Positions 61,910 through 64,000 of a DNA stretch of 64,000 nucleotides are shown here, piece by piece. Both the position numbers and the translations under genes were made by a program. Numbering within the stretch: the first letter of the stretch is position 1; each line of letters begins with the position of its first letter. The notes under the pieces were generated by a model, which saw only the letters and a list, made by a program, of their open reading frames with translations, ran no database searches and was not told where the DNA came from. Origin of the DNA: Eledone cirrhosa (Eukaryota); assembly GCA_964016885.1 (NCBI GenBank), contig OZ024751.1, positions 14,074,001-14,138,000 on the forward strand, read 5' to 3'.

Positions 61910-62055
61910 ACGGCTAATAATTCGGGCTGTTTGTTTACAAACAAACCGAGCATTATAATAAATGTTCGTTAAACCCATGCGTACATATATATATATATGT
62001 ATGTATGTATATACATACTAGTGTACGTCTGTATACATACTAATATATATATATA

Positions 62056-62296
62056 ATAGTAGAAAACTGGAGGGTTATATCCGTAGTAGTAGAGCACTCA
62101 GTCCATGGGACGAGTTTGGTAGAAGTAGTAACACAACAGTTAGTTGACCATTACCGAGAACAATTGTTTCACCTTATTCGGATCGTCAGCTCCGTTTAAA
62201 TGGGATTGTCAATCCCATTTAAACCGAGCTGGCGATCCGAATAAGGTGAAACAATTGTTCTCGGTAATGGTAAACTAACTGTTGTGGAACTACGTC
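62056..62296 (-). mobile_element. Fold-back element with opposed hammerheads
   Basis: Palindrome 62132-62286 centred at 62209; minus gag-CTGACGA-tccgaataaggt-GAAA-caattg-TT-ctc; plus arm has CTGGCGA; GCACTC at 62094. Confidence 0.82.
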
Positions 62297-62344
62297 TATA
62301 TATATATATTTATATATATTTATATATATATATTTATATATATT

Positions 62345-62615
<271 letters not shown>

Positions 62616-62781
62616 GGGTAAACGGAAAAGAAAATGCTGACAAATTGTTCACAGTGAAAAATAGTTTAATTAGGAATAAGTGAGAATTAGTAATAGTATT
62701 GGTTAGTATTCAGTTTTAGTTTTAAGTTTTACCGGTTGCGCATTTCTAATGCTTTTCAAAAATAATTTTGAGACAGAGCGT

Positions 62782-62841
<60 letters not shown>

Positions 62842-62949
62842 TAATAAAATAATGAATAAACAAAGAGACAGTTCCTTATATTAAAAAAATTCAGCATTTT
62901 ACGATCGTTTCTAGGATATATATGTGTTAGTGTTGGTATGCATATTCTA

Positions 62950-63782
62950 TAGGAGCAGCCATTGGTGTTAGCATTGCAGGCGACATAGCTAACTTATTCA
63001 TGGTATGGTGGGACAGTAGACTTAAACTTAAAGAACAATTAGAAGACCCCTTAACCCTGATAATGTACTCCCGCTACGTAGATGATATAAACATCGTAGT
63101 TAAGACACCCCCACTAGAGAACAGTCAGGAACTAGAGAAAAGCACAATGGAAAGCATCCAGCAAATAGCAAACTCCATCCACCAGAGCATTAGAGTTACT
63201 ATAGACTACCCAAGTAAACACCCCAACCATCGATTACCTGTACTAGATACAGAGCTCTGGTTAGATACCATTAACAACAAAAGACAAATCCTCCATTCCC
63301 ATTATGCCAAACCCATGACTTCCAAACATCTGATCCACCGAAACTCGGCCATTTCGGACCATACCAAAATCAACATACTGATTGCGGATTTGGTACGGGT
63401 GATGAGAAATGTGTCCCGCATGTGCAACCCCGAAGAACTAGAGAGACACATACAACACTTCATCCACCGTATGCAGTTCTCTGGCTACAATCAGAGAGAT
63501 AAAATCAGAGTGTATAGAGGAGCCAGAACCAAATGGGAAAAAATGGTAAATAATGACATAAATGGGACCTGCCCCTTGTATAGGAGCAAATTTTGGAATA
63601 GAATAGAAAGAACTAGGAACAAGGCTAATAGAATAAACTCATGGTATGATAGCAATAAATACCAGAGTGTAATGTTCATCGATACAACCCCTAGAGGTGA
63701 ATTAGCTTACAAATTTAGAAGGGCCCTAAATAAACATAAACTCAATATTAAGATAGTAGAAAGACCAGGTACCTCCGTAAAA
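62950..63782 (+). pseudogene. Penelope-like (Nematis-like) RT fragment
   Basis: GAAIGVSIAGDIANLFM..YSRYVDDI..DYPSKHPNHRLPVLD..MQFSGY..PLYR..SVMFIDTTP..KIVERPG. Confidence 0.85.
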
Positions 63783-64000
63783 ATATATATATATATTTAT
63801 ATAAAATATTAAACAAATAATGAATAAACAATTCCTTATATTAAACAAAAAAAGTTCATTATTTAACGATCGTTTCTAGGGTATATATGTGTTATAATTG
63901 GTATGCATATTCAACAGATCTATGTACAAAATTATACAAAATTATACAAATTATCAAGATTAAATATACATACCTAACACATATATACGCCGTCTTCCGT

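Overview
AT-rich, gene-free animal DNA made almost entirely of repeats. The SINE families, the RTE LINEs with (GAT)n tails and the huge imperfect (TA)n tracts suggest an octopod cephalopod, but that is an inference. I found no host protein-coding gene; nearly all long ORFs in the track are microsatellite artefacts. Real coding remnants are five RTE-group LINE pieces (one with a PHD-type insert, one with three C2H2 fingers, one with a twin-priming inversion), a CR1-type RT, an R4/Dong RT, four Penelope-like (PLE) pieces and an internally deleted hAT transposon. There are also tRNA-SINEs, MITEs and a 13-kb 28-bp satellite with nested higher-order repeats. The main signal outside the ORF track is about a dozen short, mutually unrelated non-coding elements, mostly inside (TA)n tracts. 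They carry type I hammerhead ribozyme motifs, most with minimal palindromic stem III. Many end in a shared GAGTRC motif plus a short tail, and many are fold-back palindromes; in some the fold or inversion point lies in a ribozyme helix. All structures were read by eye; no folding or database search was run.
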